A stretch of DNA of 64,000 nucleotides from Sulfuritalea sp. GTDB lineage: Bacteria; Pseudomonadota; Gammaproteobacteria; Burkholderiales; Rhodocyclaceae. The DNA is taken from NCBI GenBank assembly GCA_022842325.1, contig JALHPU010000001.1, positions 144,934 through 208,933 of the forward strand, read 5' to 3'. Positions within the stretch are counted from its first letter, which is position 1; the number at the start of each line of letters is the position of its first letter. This document shows positions 1-10,090 of the stretch, piece after piece. Under the pieces are notes generated by a model. That model did not search any database. It was not told the DNA's origin and worked only from the letters and a program-made list of their open reading frames with translations. A program made the translations under genes and the position numbers.

Positions 1-842
1 TCGCCGTCCTGCTGCTCGCCGGCTGCAGCGCCGTGCGCCTCGGCTACGGCAATGCCGACAGCCTGGCGCGCTGGTGGATCGACCAGTACCTCGACCTCGC
101 GCCGGAGCAGGACGTACTGGTGCGCGAACGGCTCGGACGCTATTTCGCCTGGCACCGCAAAACCCAGTTAGCGGACTACGTGACCCTGATGCGTCAGGGC
201 CAGAAACTCGCCACCGCGCAGACCACGGTCGCCGATGCCCTGAGCCTGGGCGACGAACTGATCCGCCGCGGACGCATCCTCGCCGAGCAGGCCACACCGG
301 ACATCGCCGACCTGCTGCCGACCCTGACGCCGGCGCAGGTCGAGCGCATGGCGGCGCGCCAGGCGGAAAAGAACGCCGACTACGCCAAGGAGGCGCGACT
401 CGCCGAGGGTGAGGCCGGGCAGCGCAAGGCGCGCTACAAGCGCCTGCTGGAACGCGCCGAATACTGGTTCGGCGACTTCAGCAACGAACAGGAAGCGGCG
501 CTGCGGCGCATGGTCGACGCGCAGGATCCCGGCAGCCAGTTCTGGTACGAGGAAAGGCTGCGGCGCCAGCGCGACTGGCTGAGCCTGGTGCGCCAGGTGC
601 AGCGCGAACGGCTGCCGCGCGAGCGCGTGATCCAGATGTTGCGCGACTACGCGGCGCGCTTCGACCAGCCGACCGAACCGGCGCGGCTGGCGCAGGCCAT
701 CACCCTGCGCCGTGCTTCGGCGGAACTGGCCGTGGCGATCCACGCCCTGATGACGCCGGCGCAGCGCGAGCATGCCCGCTCCAAGCTGGACGACCTGATA
801 CACGATTTCACCGAGCTGTCCCGCGAAACCGCGCCAGGCTAG
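1..842 (+). CDS. Lipoprotein, 5'-partial (start lies upstream of window); Gln/Arg-rich secreted protein of unknown function
   Basis: Open frame runs from nt 3; window begins inside a signal/lipobox (AVLLLAGCS); the ORF track begins at an internal GTG at 33; no stop until 842. Confidence 0.5.
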   Translation, partial: AVLLLAGCSAVRLGYGNADSLARWWIDQYLDLAPEQDVLVRERLGRYFAWHRKTQLADYVTLMRQGQKLATAQTTVADALSLGDELIRRGRILAEQATPDIADLLPTLTPAQVERMAARQAEKNADYAKEARLAEGEAGQRKARYKRLLERAEYWFGDFSNEQEAALRRMVDAQDPGSQFWYEERLRRQRDWLSLVRQVQRERLPRERVIQMLRDYAARFDQPTEPARLAQAITLRRASAELAVAIHALMTPAQREHARSKLDDLIHDFTELSRETAPG

Positions 843-900
843 CCGCCTGCAGGGCCGGCTTCAGCCGGCCATGGCAGATGAAGTCCGCCCCGCCATGGAC
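843..900. repeat. REP-like palindromic element (GGCCGGCTTCAGCCGGCC, 853-870) plus half-site; same family as 6076-6200
   Basis: Perfect 8-bp-stem palindrome in an intergenic gap; sequence recurs at 6183-6200. Confidence 0.55.
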
Positions 901-980
901 ACCCAGCCGCCGCCCCGCTATGCTGCGCCCCTCGCGCCATGCAGCACAGCCCCCCGCCGCCGCACCCAGAGGTAATCCCC

Positions 981-2693
981 ATGCAGACAGAAAGCTTCAT
1001 CCCGGGCAAGGACGCCTCGCTCGAATCCTCGATCGCCACCATGCTGGCCGAGCTCGAAAAGCTCGACTTCCACGTCGAGCAGCGCTCCTGGCTCAATCCC
1101 GTGGATGGCGTCTGGTCGGTGCATGTGCGTGACCGCGATTGCCCGCTGCTGTTCACCAACGGCAAGGGCGGCTCGCGCCTGGCCGCTTTAGCGAGCGCGC
1201 TGGGCGAATTCTTCGAGCGCCTGTCCTGCAATTATTTCTGGACCCACTACTACCTCGGCGACCAGTTCGCCCGCCGCGATTTCGCCCACTACCCGCGCGA
1301 GCAGTGGTTTCAGCCCGGCCCCGATGGCGCATGGCCGGAGCAGTTGCTGAGCCCCGAACTGCGCCAACTGTACAACCCCGACGCCAGCATCGACGCCAAC
1401 ACCCTGGTGGACCTCAACTCGGGCGACGCCGAACGCGGTATCTGCGCCCTGCCCTATGTGCGCCAGCGCGACGGCGCGACGGTCTGGTTCCCGGTCAACA
1501 TCATCGGCAACCTGTATGTCAGCAACGGCATGTCGGCCGGCAATACCGAGATGGAGGCGCGCAGCCAGGCCCTGTCGGAAATCCTCGAACGCCACATCAA
1601 GTTCCGCATCATCAGCGAAGGCCTGTGCCTGCCCGACGTGCCCGAGGACGTGATCGCCCGCCATCCGCGCATCGCGGCCGGCATCCGCGGCCTGCGCGAG
1701 GCCGGCTTCGGCATCCTGGTCAAGGATGCCTCGCTCGGCGGCGAATACCCGGTGATGAACGTCACCCTGCTCCACCCCGAGGATCAGGGCTGCTTCTCCA
1801 GCTTCGGCGCCCACCCGCGTTTCGAGATCGCCCTCGAGCGCGCGCTGACCGAACTGCTGCAGGGCCGCGGCCTCGATGCGCTGGCCGGCTTTCCCCCGCC
1901 CGGCTTCGACCTCGACGAAATCGCCGCCTCGCCCAACATCGAAATCCACTTCGTCGATTCCAGCGGCATCATCAGCTGGAACTTCCTCGGCGCCGTGCCC
2001 GACTTCGAGTTCGTCGACTGGAACTTCAGCGACACCACAGCCGATGACTATCACTGGCTGGTGGAGCGCATCCATCGCTGCGGCCACGACATCTACATTG
2101 CCGACTTCACCCACCTCGGCGTCTATGCCTGCCGCATCCTGGTGCCGGGCATGTCGGAAATCTATCCGCTGGACGAACTGGAGTGGGAGAACAACAGCGT
2201 CGGCAACCTGATCCGCGAGGCCATCCTGCATCTGCCGGAGCTTGACGAGGACGAATGCGCCGACCTGCTGGAGACGCTCAACGAGTTCGATTTGCCGGAC
2301 CAGCGGCCGATCAGCACCCTGATCGGGCTGGCAGCGGAGGCCGATTCATTCTGGGCCGACCTGCGGGTGGGCGAACTGAAGACCATCCTGGCGCTGGCCG
2401 TCGGCGACGACGAGGCGATCCGCGAAGGCTGCGAATGGGTACGCCACTTCGAGCAGATCGACCCGGCGCGCCGCCTGGTCTATCGCTGCGTCGAAACCCT
2501 GCTCGAACTGGGCAGCGCCGACGGACACCGCAAGGCCCTCGAACACCTCTACGGCAACGCCACGCTGGCCACCGCGGAGGCCATGCTGCGCGGCGAGCAG
2601 CGCTGCTTCGGCATCGAGGCGCCGGGACTGGCGCTCAAGGGCTGCGATCTGCACCAGGCGCTGCTCGCGGCTTACGCCAAGCTGAGTCACTAG
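981..2693 (+). CDS. ycaO: YcaO-domain protein (ribosomal S12 methylthiotransferase accessory factor YcaO-like), about 570 aa
   Basis: N-terminus MQTESFIPGKDASLESSIATM...WLNPVDGVWSVHVRDRDCPLLFTNGKGGSRLAALASALGEFFERLS matches E. coli YcaO closely; start placed at ATG 981 (GAGG RBS) rather than the ORF-track start 939. Confidence 0.85.
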   Translation: MQTESFIPGKDASLESSIATMLAELEKLDFHVEQRSWLNPVDGVWSVHVRDRDCPLLFTNGKGGSRLAALASALGEFFERLSCNYFWTHYYLGDQFARRDFAHYPREQWFQPGPDGAWPEQLLSPELRQLYNPDASIDANTLVDLNSGDAERGICALPYVRQRDGATVWFPVNIIGNLYVSNGMSAGNTEMEARSQALSEILERHIKFRIISEGLCLPDVPEDVIARHPRIAAGIRGLREAGFGILVKDASLGGEYPVMNVTLLHPEDQGCFSSFGAHPRFEIALERALTELLQGRGLDALAGFPPPGFDLDEIAASPNIEIHFVDSSGIISWNFLGAVPDFEFVDWNFSDTTADDYHWLVERIHRCGHDIYIADFTHLGVYACRILVPGMSEIYPLDELEWENNSVGNLIREAILHLPELDEDECADLLETLNEFDLPDQRPISTLIGLAAEADSFWADLRVGELKTILALAVGDDEAIREGCEWVRHFEQIDPARRLVYRCVETLLELGSADGHRKALEHLYGNATLATAEAMLRGEQRCFGIEAPGLALKGCDLHQALLAAYAKLSH

Positions 2694-2720
2694 GGCCTGA
2701 CCCAGGCCCTGAGACCTGAC

Positions 2721-3086
2721 TTACTTCTTGGTGATGCTGGCGTCTTCGATCAGCAGCGGATAGGAATAACCGGCGCCGAAGTCACGGTTCACCACCACCA
2801 CGCCGGAGATCGAAACCTGGTCGCCCACGGCGGCGGTCTGCTTGCTGGTGACGATCAGGTTGTTGGTACCCTTGCCGGCCTCGCCCGTGCCGTCCTGCAC
2901 ATGGACGAAGTTGCGGCCCATGATGCCGTTATTGACCTTGACCACCTTGCCCTGGGCGCTGATGGTCTTGCCGGCCAGGCCAGCCTTGTTCTGGTTCAGT
3001 ACGGCGACGGTCTCGGCGGCGGCGTTGAAGGACGCCAGACCCAGGCTGCCGACGAAGGCAGCGACCACGACGGAAAAAATCCTCAT
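2721..3086 (-). CDS. Small secreted protein (121 aa), OB-fold BOF/YgiW-like pattern
   Basis: Signal peptide MRIFSVVVAAFVGSLGLASFNAAA; AGGAG RBS before ATG at 3086; the longer ORF 2721..3458 is an upstream read-through. Confidence 0.5.
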   Translation of the reverse strand: MRIFSVVVAAFVGSLGLASFNAAAETVAVLNQNKAGLAGKTISAQGKVVKVNNGIMGRNFVHVQDGTGEAGKGTNNLIVTSKQTAAVGDQVSISGVVVVNRDFGAGYSYPLLIEDASITKK

Positions 3087-3150
3087 CAAAAACTCCTGTG
3101 ATTGGTTGAAGGTCGGCAACGACCGGCCAGACGGCAGTATACCCGCAGCG

Positions 3151-3714
3151 TCAGGGCTTTTTCGGCTGGCCGACGCCGAGCGCCCGCCAGCCGTCGGGTC
3201 CCAGTTCGCGCAGCGTATCGATGTTGCGCTGGTAGATCTCCGCCGCATCCGGGAAGGCGGCCGTCGCCCGCTCCAGGCTGGCCTCGCGCAGCAGGTGCAG
3301 CGTCGGAAAGGGCGAGCGGTTGCTGCAGTTGGCGACGTCCTCCGCCTCGGCATCGGCAAACACGTAGTCCGGATGAAAGCTCGCCACCTGCAGCGTGCCG
3401 ACCAGCCCCTGGGTGCGCAGCACGACCTCGACCAGGTCGAGGAAGCTCGCGAATTCATCGAAATCGGCTAACACATCGGGGGTGATCAGCAGTGTGGTGT
3501 CGATCTCCTCGGGAGCCACTTCGCTGAGGAATTTCAGCTCCCGTTCGAGATCGTCGAGCAGTGCATTTTCGGTCTGCGCCGCGCTGACGCAATAGCGGAT
3601 CTGGCCCTTGACATGCACGCTCTTGGCGAAGGGACAGAGGTTGAGGCCGATCACCGCACGCTCCAGCCAGGTGCGCGTGGCGGCAATGATTTCGTCGTCG
3701 CGATCGGCTGACAT
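3151..3714 (-). CDS. DUF1415-family protein
   Basis: LNLCPFAKS motif and overall composition typical of DUF1415. Confidence 0.55.
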   Translation of the reverse strand: MSADRDDEIIAATRTWLERAVIGLNLCPFAKSVHVKGQIRYCVSAAQTENALLDDLERELKFLSEVAPEEIDTTLLITPDVLADFDEFASFLDLVEVVLRTQGLVGTLQVASFHPDYVFADAEAEDVANCSNRSPFPTLHLLREASLERATAAFPDAAEIYQRNIDTLRELGPDGWRALGVGQPKKP

Positions 3715-3741
3715 CAGGAGTCGGCGCTGGCGCTGCGGCGC

Positions 3742-4584
3742 TCAGCCGGCCTGGTACAGCAGCCGGCGCTCTTCCGCCTGCAGCGCGAGCTTGACTTCTT
3801 CGAGCACGGCGCCGACGTCGGCGATGCGATGCTCGACCTCGATGCGGCCGGTGAGTTCGCTGTCCACGGTGAGGCTGCCGGCCTGGTAGAGCTTCCAGAT
3901 TTCCTTGCCATAGTCGCGCTCCAGCAGTTCCGGCGCGAAACGGCCGAAGTAGCTGGCGAGGTTGGCGACGTCGCGCTCCAGCATGGCGCCGGCGCTGCTG
4001 TTGCCGGCGGCGTCGACCGCCTGCGGCAGGTCGATGATCACCGGCCCGTCGCTGCCGACCAGGATGTTGTACTCGGAGAGGTCGCCATGGATGATCCCGG
4101 CGCCGAGCATGCGCACCACCTGTCGCAGCAGTCCTGCATGGAACTCCAGGGCCAGTTCGGCGGAGAGTTCGATGTCGTTGAGGCGCGGCGCCGGCTGGCC
4201 GTCGGCATCGGTCACCAGCTCCATCAGCAGCACGCCCTCGTGACAGAGGTAGGGCTGCGGCACCGCCACCCCGGCGGCGGCAAGGCGATACAGGGCGTCG
4301 ACTTCGGCGCTTTGCCAGGCCTCTTCCTGCATCTGACGCCCGTAGCGCGAGCCCTTGTCCATGGCCCGCGCCTGCCGGCTATTCTTGGTCTTGCGGCCTT
4401 CCTGGTAGGACACGGCCTTGCGGAAGCTGCGCTGCGTGGCGTCCTTGTACACCTTGGCGCAGCGGATGTGCTCGCCGCAGCGCACGATATACACGGTCGC
4501 TTCCTTGCCGCTCATCAACTGGCGCAGCACTTCATCGACCAGGCCTTCGCTGACCAGCGGCTGCAGTCGTTTTGGCGTCTTCAC
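3742..4584 (-). CDS. RIO1-family atypical serine kinase/ATPase (bacterial PA4780-like)
   Basis: KEATVYIV..RCAKVYK..HGDLSEYNILV..IIDLPQAV motifs. Confidence 0.7.
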   Translation of the reverse strand: MKTPKRLQPLVSEGLVDEVLRQLMSGKEATVYIVRCGEHIRCAKVYKDATQRSFRKAVSYQEGRKTKNSRQARAMDKGSRYGRQMQEEAWQSAEVDALYRLAAAGVAVPQPYLCHEGVLLMELVTDADGQPAPRLNDIELSAELALEFHAGLLRQVVRMLGAGIIHGDLSEYNILVGSDGPVIIDLPQAVDAAGNSSAGAMLERDVANLASYFGRFAPELLERDYGKEIWKLYQAGSLTVDSELTGRIEVEHRIADVGAVLEEVKLALQAEERRLLYQAG

Positions 4585-4594
4585 GGCGGCGCGC

Positions 4595-6040
4595 TCACTC
4601 GGCGCGGTCCTGCAGCAAATGCACCTTGACCCGCTTGCCCTTGACCGTCCCCGCCGACAGCTTGCGCACCGCGTCGCGGGCGATGCTGCGCTCGACGGCG
4701 ACGTAGGTGCTGGTATCGGTGACGTTGATCTTGCCGATCTGTTCCTTGCTGAAACCGGCGTCGCCGGTCAGCGCGCCCAGCACGTCGCCGGGGCGGATCT
4801 TTTCCTTGCGTCCGCCGAGGATCAGCAGGGTCGCCATCGGCGGTTGCAGGGGCTTGCCGGACGTCGCCTCGAGTTCGCTCAGGGAGTGCCACTCGATCTC
4901 GTGACCGAGGGCCTTCTCGATGTTGTCCACGCGCGTCATCTGGTTGCCGCTGACCAGGCTGAAGGCCCAGCCCGCCTGATCCACGCGCCCGGTGCGGCCG
5001 ATGCGATGCACATGCACCTCGGTGTCCGGCGTCACGTCAACATTGATCACGGCTTCGAGCTGGTCGATGTCGAGGCCGCGCGCGGCGACGTCGGTGGCGA
5101 CCAGTACCGAGCAGCTGCGGTTGGCGAACTGGATCAGCACCTGGTCGCGCTCGCGCTGTTCCAGTTCGCCATGCAGGGCCAGGGCGACGAAGCCCTCGGC
5201 GCGCAGCACCTGCAGCAGCTCGCGGCATTGCTGCCGGGTGTTGCAGAAGGCCAGCGTGCTGACCGGCCGGTAGTGCTTGAGCAACAGGCCGACGGCCGCC
5301 AGCTTCTGCTCGGACTCCACCTCATAGAAGCGCTGGCGGATCTTGCCCGCCTCGTGCTGCTCGGTCAGCGTGATGCGCTGCGGCTGACGCAGGAAAGCCC
5401 GGCTCAGGCCGGCGATGCTTTCGGGATAAGTGGCGGAGAACAACAGCGTCTGCCGTTGCTTCGGGCAGGCCTTGGCGACGAAGGCGATGTCGTCGTAGAA
5501 GCCCATGTCCAGCATACGGTCGGCCTCGTCCAGCACTAGGGTATCCAGCGCCGACAGGTCGAGGCTTTCGCGCTGCAGGTGATCCATGATGCGTCCCGGC
5601 GTGCCGACCACGACATGGGCGCCGTGCTCGAGACTGGAAATCTGCGGCCGCATCTGGCTGCCGCCGCACAGGGTCAGCACCTTGATGTTGTCGGCGCCGC
5701 GCGCCAGGCGACGGATTTCCTGGGTCACCTGGTCGGCCAGTTCGCGCGTCGGGCACAGCACCAAGGCCTGCACCGCGAAGCGGCGCGGATTGAGTCTGGC
5801 CAGCAGGCTCAGGGCGAAGGCGGCGGTCTTGCCGCTGCCGGTCTTGGCCTGCGCGATCAGGTCATGGCCGGCCAGGGCCAGCGGCAGGCTGGCGGCCTGG
5901 ATCGGCGTCATCTGCCGGTAACCGAGCTGTTCGAGGTTGACCAGTGTCGCCGGAGCCAGCGGCAGGGAGGCGAACGACAGGCTGGGAGCGGCTGCGGGTG
6001 CGCCTTCGGCGGCGACTGCGGGGGTAGGATTCATGCGCAA
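4595..6040 (-). CDS. dbpA: ATP-dependent DEAD-box RNA helicase DbpA (with C-terminal DbpA RNA-binding domain)
   Basis: Q-motif, AKTGSGKT, DEADRMLDMGF, SAT, HRIGRTGR motifs plus C-terminal RRM-like domain. Confidence 0.85.
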   Translation of the reverse strand: MRMNPTPAVAAEGAPAAAPSLSFASLPLAPATLVNLEQLGYRQMTPIQAASLPLALAGHDLIAQAKTGSGKTAAFALSLLARLNPRRFAVQALVLCPTRELADQVTQEIRRLARGADNIKVLTLCGGSQMRPQISSLEHGAHVVVGTPGRIMDHLQRESLDLSALDTLVLDEADRMLDMGFYDDIAFVAKACPKQRQTLLFSATYPESIAGLSRAFLRQPQRITLTEQHEAGKIRQRFYEVESEQKLAAVGLLLKHYRPVSTLAFCNTRQQCRELLQVLRAEGFVALALHGELEQRERDQVLIQFANRSCSVLVATDVAARGLDIDQLEAVINVDVTPDTEVHVHRIGRTGRVDQAGWAFSLVSGNQMTRVDNIEKALGHEIEWHSLSELEATSGKPLQPPMATLLILGGRKEKIRPGDVLGALTGDAGFSKEQIGKINVTDTSTYVAVERSIARDAVRKLSAGTVKGKRVKVHLLQDRAE

Positions 6041-6075
6041 TTATACGTGGCCGTGGCGCCCGCGGCGGCATGCAG

Positions 6076-6200
6076 GGCCAACTTCAGTCGGCCAGGGGTG
6101 GATGGCGGTGTAGGGCCGACTTCAGTCGGCCAGAGGTGGCTGGCGGACTGAAGTCCGCCCATGGAGGTGAAGCTCCTGTAAGGCCGGCTTCAGCCGGCCA
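6076..6200. repeat. Cluster of four REP-like 18-bp palindromes (GGCNRRCTKMAGYYNGCC) in the dbpA-paaE intergenic gap
   Basis: Perfect hairpins at 6076-6093, 6114-6131, 6142-6159 and 6183-6200; the first two sit in a 33-bp tandem direct repeat. Confidence 0.6.
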
Positions 6201-6208
6201 TGACCATG

Positions 6209-7294
6209 TCAGCGTTCGTCGAAAGACAGCACCACGCGCTCGGTCAGCGGATGGGCCTGGCAGGCAAGGACGAAGCCGTTGGCGACCTCGACCTTGTCCA
6301 GCGCGAAGTTGCGCTCCATGCGCACCTGTCCCTCCATCACCTTGCAGCGGCAGGTACCGCACACGCCCGAGGTGCAGGAGAAGGGCACTTCCAGCCCGGC
6401 CGCCGAGGCGGCGTCGAGGATGCTCGGCTGGTCCTTGCGGAAGTCGATTTCGCGCCGCATGCCGTCGCGGATGATGACCACCTTGGCCTGCTCGGCGTCG
6501 CCCGGCAGCGCCTCGTGCACCACCGCACCCACCGGTGCACCGGCCGGCAGCGCGACACCGAAGCGTTCGATGTGGATCGCGGCCTCCGGCACGCCGGCCG
6601 CCAGCAGCGCGGCCTCGGCCTCGTCGTTCATCTGGAACGGGCCGCAGACATACACATGGTCGATAGTCGGCGCTGGCACCACGGTGGCAAGGAACTCGCC
6701 GATCTTGTCGCGGTTCATCACGCCCATGTTGAGCGGTGAATCGGTCGGCTCGTCGGAAAACACGTGCTGCAGGGCCAGGCGCGTCATGTAGCGGTTCTTC
6801 AGGTCTTCCAGTTCTTCCTTGAACATGGTCGAACGGAGCATGCGGTTGCCGTAGATCAGCGTGAAGCGGCTGAGCGGTTCGCGCGCCAGCACGGTTTTCA
6901 TGATCGAAAGTATCGGCGTGATGCCGCTACCGCCGGCGATGCCGACGTGGTGGCGCCTGGCCGTCGGCTCGATGGGAACGAAGAATCGGCCCTGCGGCGC
7001 CATGGCGCTGATGCGGTCGCCGGGACGCAGGTGTTCGTTGATCCAGTTGGAGAAGGCCCCGCCCTTGACGCGGCGCACGCCGACGCGCAGCTCGCCGTCA
7101 TCGACGCCGGCGCAGATCGAATACGAGCGGCGCAAGTCCTGGCCGTCGATGCTGGCGCGCAGCGTCAGGTACTGACCCTGGGTGAAGCCGAACACCGCGC
7201 GCAACTCGGGCGGCACGTCGAAGGAAACGATGGAGGCCTCGGCGGTATCGGGCTCGATGCTGCGCACGCGCAGGTCGTGGAAGAGTGTGCTCAT
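6209..7294 (-). CDS. paaE: Phenylacetyl-CoA 1,2-epoxidase reductase subunit PaaE (FNR-like with C-terminal 2Fe-2S ferredoxin)
   Basis: FAD/NAD-binding fold plus CxxxxCxxC...C ferredoxin tail; last gene of the paaABCDE block. Confidence 0.85.
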   Translation of the reverse strand: MSTLFHDLRVRSIEPDTAEASIVSFDVPPELRAVFGFTQGQYLTLRASIDGQDLRRSYSICAGVDDGELRVGVRRVKGGAFSNWINEHLRPGDRISAMAPQGRFFVPIEPTARRHHVGIAGGSGITPILSIMKTVLAREPLSRFTLIYGNRMLRSTMFKEELEDLKNRYMTRLALQHVFSDEPTDSPLNMGVMNRDKIGEFLATVVPAPTIDHVYVCGPFQMNDEAEAALLAAGVPEAAIHIERFGVALPAGAPVGAVVHEALPGDAEQAKVVIIRDGMRREIDFRKDQPSILDAASAAGLEVPFSCTSGVCGTCRCKVMEGQVRMERNFALDKVEVANGFVLACQAHPLTERVVLSFDER

Positions 7295-7806
7295 ATCGGC
7301 TTGAAGTGTTCGAAGGGCTCGCGGCAGTCGAGGCAGCGGTGCAGCGACTTGCAGGCGGTGGAACCAAAGGCGGACAGGCGCTCGGTATGCGCACTGCCGC
7401 AGCGCGGACAGGGCACTGCGGCCTGGCGACGACCGACGATGCGGATCGGAACCGCGCCATCGGCGAGTGCCGGACCGGGCGGCGCGATGCCGTATTCCAG
7501 CAACTTGCGCTTGCCCTCGGCGCTGATCCAGTCGCTGCTCCAGGCCGGCGCCCGGCGCATCGTGACCCGCGCCGGGCCGAGGCCGGCGGCATCGATGGCA
7601 TCGAGCACGCTGCGGGTGATGACTTCGGTCGCCGGGCAGCCGCTGTAGGTCGGCGTCAGCACGATCTCCAGGCCGTCGTCATGTTCGATGACTTCGCGCA
7701 CCAGGCCCAGGTCGACCACGGACAGCGCCGGTACCTCGGGATCGAGCACCTCATTGAGCGCGGCCCAGGCGCTGTCCGTGCGCGAAGCGACGGCGACCGT
7801 CACCAC
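7291..7806 (-). CDS. paaD: Phenylacetyl-CoA epoxidase subunit PaaD
   Basis: Conserved LSVVDLGLVREV and C-terminal CPRCGS...CKSLHRCLDC motifs; 4-bp overlap with paaE. Confidence 0.8.
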   Translation of the reverse strand: MVTVAVASRTDSAWAALNEVLDPEVPALSVVDLGLVREVIEHDDGLEIVLTPTYSGCPATEVITRSVLDAIDAAGLGPARVTMRRAPAWSSDWISAEGKRKLLEYGIAPPGPALADGAVPIRIVGRRQAAVPCPRCGSAHTERLSAFGSTACKSLHRCLDCREPFEHFKPI

Positions 7807-8573
7807 GCGCCACCGGGATAAGTGCGCTGCAGGTATTGCATCTCGACCAGCAGGTAACCCATGTGCTCGCTGTGCAGGCCGCGCTTGCCGCTGCTGCGGA
7901 AAGCCGCTTCGCCGGGAATCGTCAGCTTTGCCTCGCCGAGGATTTCGCTCATCTCGGCCAGCCAGGGCTCGCGCAGTTGCGACCAGGCCGGGCCGAGGCC
8001 GGCGGCGTTGGCGGCGGCATCCACCGCGTCGTCCTCGAACAGCTCGGGCGTATAGAGCCAGACCTGGGCTAGCGCGGCTTCGCTGCGACGGCGTGATTCA
8101 TCGGTGCCGTCGCCGAGGCGCACCGCCCAGTCGGCGGCGTGCTGCTGGTGGTAGCGGGCTTCCTTGAGGGCCTTGCCGGCGATGGCGGCGAGTTCGCTAT
8201 CGCTGGAATCGCGCAGCCGTTCCCACATCAGCTTGAGCCAGGTGGCGAGCACGGTGTTGCGCAGCACGGTGAAGGCAAAGTCGCCGCGAGGCAGTTCGGC
8301 CAGCGTCGGATTGCGGTAGTCGATTTCGTCGCGCAGGAAGGCGAGCTGATCTTCGTCATAACCCTCGCCGCTGCGCTGGCCCGCCAGCGTGAGCAGCGCG
8401 CGCGACTGGCCGATCAGGTCGAGCGCCATGTTGGACAGCGCGATGTCCTCTTCGAGGATGGGCGCGTGGCCGCACCACTCGCCGAGGCGCTGGCCCAAGA
8501 TCAGGCAGGTGTCGGAGAGGCGCAGCAGGTACTGAAATTCGGGTGCGGCAGGAATGCGGATGGAAGCGACCAT
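7800..8573 (-). CDS. paaC: Phenylacetyl-CoA epoxidase structural subunit PaaC
   Basis: Ferritin-like PaaC signature (LRLSDTCLILGQRLGEWCGHAPILEEDIALSNMALD). Confidence 0.85.
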   Translation of the reverse strand: MVASIRIPAAPEFQYLLRLSDTCLILGQRLGEWCGHAPILEEDIALSNMALDLIGQSRALLTLAGQRSGEGYDEDQLAFLRDEIDYRNPTLAELPRGDFAFTVLRNTVLATWLKLMWERLRDSSDSELAAIAGKALKEARYHQQHAADWAVRLGDGTDESRRRSEAALAQVWLYTPELFEDDAVDAAANAAGLGPAWSQLREPWLAEMSEILGEAKLTIPGEAAFRSSGKRGLHSEHMGYLLVEMQYLQRTYPGGAW

Positions 8574-8584
8574 TCAGATCTCCA

Positions 8585-8875
8585 TTACATGTGGTCTACC
8601 GAATCCGGCAGCTTGTAGAAGGTGGGATGGCGATACACCTTGTCCTCGGCGGGATCGAAGTACATGTCCTTGTCGCTCGGGTCACTGGCAACGATCTGGT
8701 CGGAACGCACCACCCAGACGCTGCTGCCCTCCTGGCGCCGGGTATACACGTCGCGCGCCATCTGCACCGCCATCTTCGGGTCGGCGGCGTGCAGGCTGCC
8801 GCAATGCTTGTGGTCGAGGCCGGCCTTGGTGCGGACGAAGACTTCCCACAAGGGCCATTCGTTTTCAGGTTTCAT
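8585..8875 (-). CDS. paaB: Phenylacetyl-CoA epoxidase subunit PaaB
   Basis: 96-aa PaaB signature WPLWEVFVR...YTRR. Confidence 0.9.
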   Translation of the reverse strand: MKPENEWPLWEVFVRTKAGLDHKHCGSLHAADPKMAVQMARDVYTRRQEGSSVWVVRSDQIVASDPSDKDMYFDPAEDKVYRHPTFYKLPDSVDHM

Positions 8876-9876
8876 GCTGCCTCCTTCAATTCAACTTTAC
8901 GGGCGTGGGCCAGCGCGGCTTCACGCACCCATTCGCCCTCTTCCCAGGCCTTGACCCGCGCCGCCAGGCGTTCGCGGTTGCAGGGGCCGTCGCCGCCGAC
9001 CACTCGCCAGAATTCGGACCAGTCGATCACGCCGTAGTCCCAGTGCTGGGTTTCCTCGTTCCAGCGCAGGTCCGGATCGGGGAAAGAAACGCCGAGCACT
9101 TCGGCCTGCTGTATGGCGGCGTCGACGAACTTCTGGCGCAGCGTGTCGTTGCTGACGCGCTTGATGCCCCAGCGCATGCCCTGCGCCGAATTCGGGCTCT
9201 GGTCGTCGGGCGGGCCGAACATCATCAGGCAGGGCCACCACCAGCGATTCACCGCTTCCTGCACCATCGCGCGCTGCGCGTCGGTGCCGTCCTTCATCAT
9301 CACCAGCAGGCTGTCGAAGCCCTGGCGCTGGTGGAAGCTTTCCTCGCGGCAGATACGCACCATGGCGCGCGCGTAGGGCGCGAACGAGCAGCGGCAGATC
9401 GGCACCTGGTTCATGATCGCCGCGCCGTCGACCAGCCAGCCGATGGCGCCGACGTCGGCCCAGGTCAGGGTCGGGTAGTTGAAGATCGAGCTGTACTTGG
9501 CCTTGCCCCTATGCAGCGCGTCGAGCATCTGGTCGCGGCTGGTACCCAGCGTCTCGGCCGCGGCGTAGAGGTAGAGGCCGTGGCCGCCCTCGTCCTGCAC
9601 CTTGGCCAGCAGGATGGACTTGCGCTTCAGCGTCGGTGCGCGGGTGATCCAGTTGCCCTCTGGCAGCATGCCGACGATCTCGGAATGCGCGTGCTGGCTG
9701 ATCTGGCGCAGCAGCGTCTTGCGGTAGTTTTCCGGCATCCAGTCTTTGGCTTCGATGAAGTCGCCGGCGTCGATGCGATTGTCGAAGCGCTGCTGCAGTT
9801 GCGCTTCCTCGGCCGTGCGCAAGGCCGGCTTGTCGCCGCCTTCGTCGCGCATGGTGTCCATGGCTTGGGTGTACAT
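8872..9876 (-). CDS. paaA: Phenylacetyl-CoA epoxidase catalytic subunit PaaA
   Basis: Di-iron oxygenase motifs [26 protein letters not shown]; start taken at MYTQAMDTM (ATG 9876) inside the longer ORF 8872..9933. Confidence 0.88.
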   Translation of the reverse strand: MYTQAMDTMRDEGGDKPALRTAEEAQLQQRFDNRIDAGDFIEAKDWMPENYRKTLLRQISQHAHSEIVGMLPEGNWITRAPTLKRKSILLAKVQDEGGHGLYLYAAAETLGTSRDQMLDALHRGKAKYSSIFNYPTLTWADVGAIGWLVDGAAIMNQVPICRCSFAPYARAMVRICREESFHQRQGFDSLLVMMKDGTDAQRAMVQEAVNRWWWPCLMMFGPPDDQSPNSAQGMRWGIKRVSNDTLRQKFVDAAIQQAEVLGVSFPDPDLRWNEETQHWDYGVIDWSEFWRVVGGDGPCNRERLAARVKAWEEGEWVREAALAHARKVELKEAA

Positions 9877-10090
9877 GGCTCGGTCCTTTCTGCTGCTGTA
9901 GGGGTCGTTCGCGGCACATTCCGGCGCCGCCAATGTGATACATTTTTTAATAACTCATTAAATGATAGTGTATCACTTAAATCTTGTCAATCGAAACTTC
10001 AAGCATTTGGCCGGCAGAAAACCCTGCTCGACCAAGGGCAAGCATTGACTGTACGCCGAATTGAGAAGGGCGCCGCTCAGGCGCCCTCGG

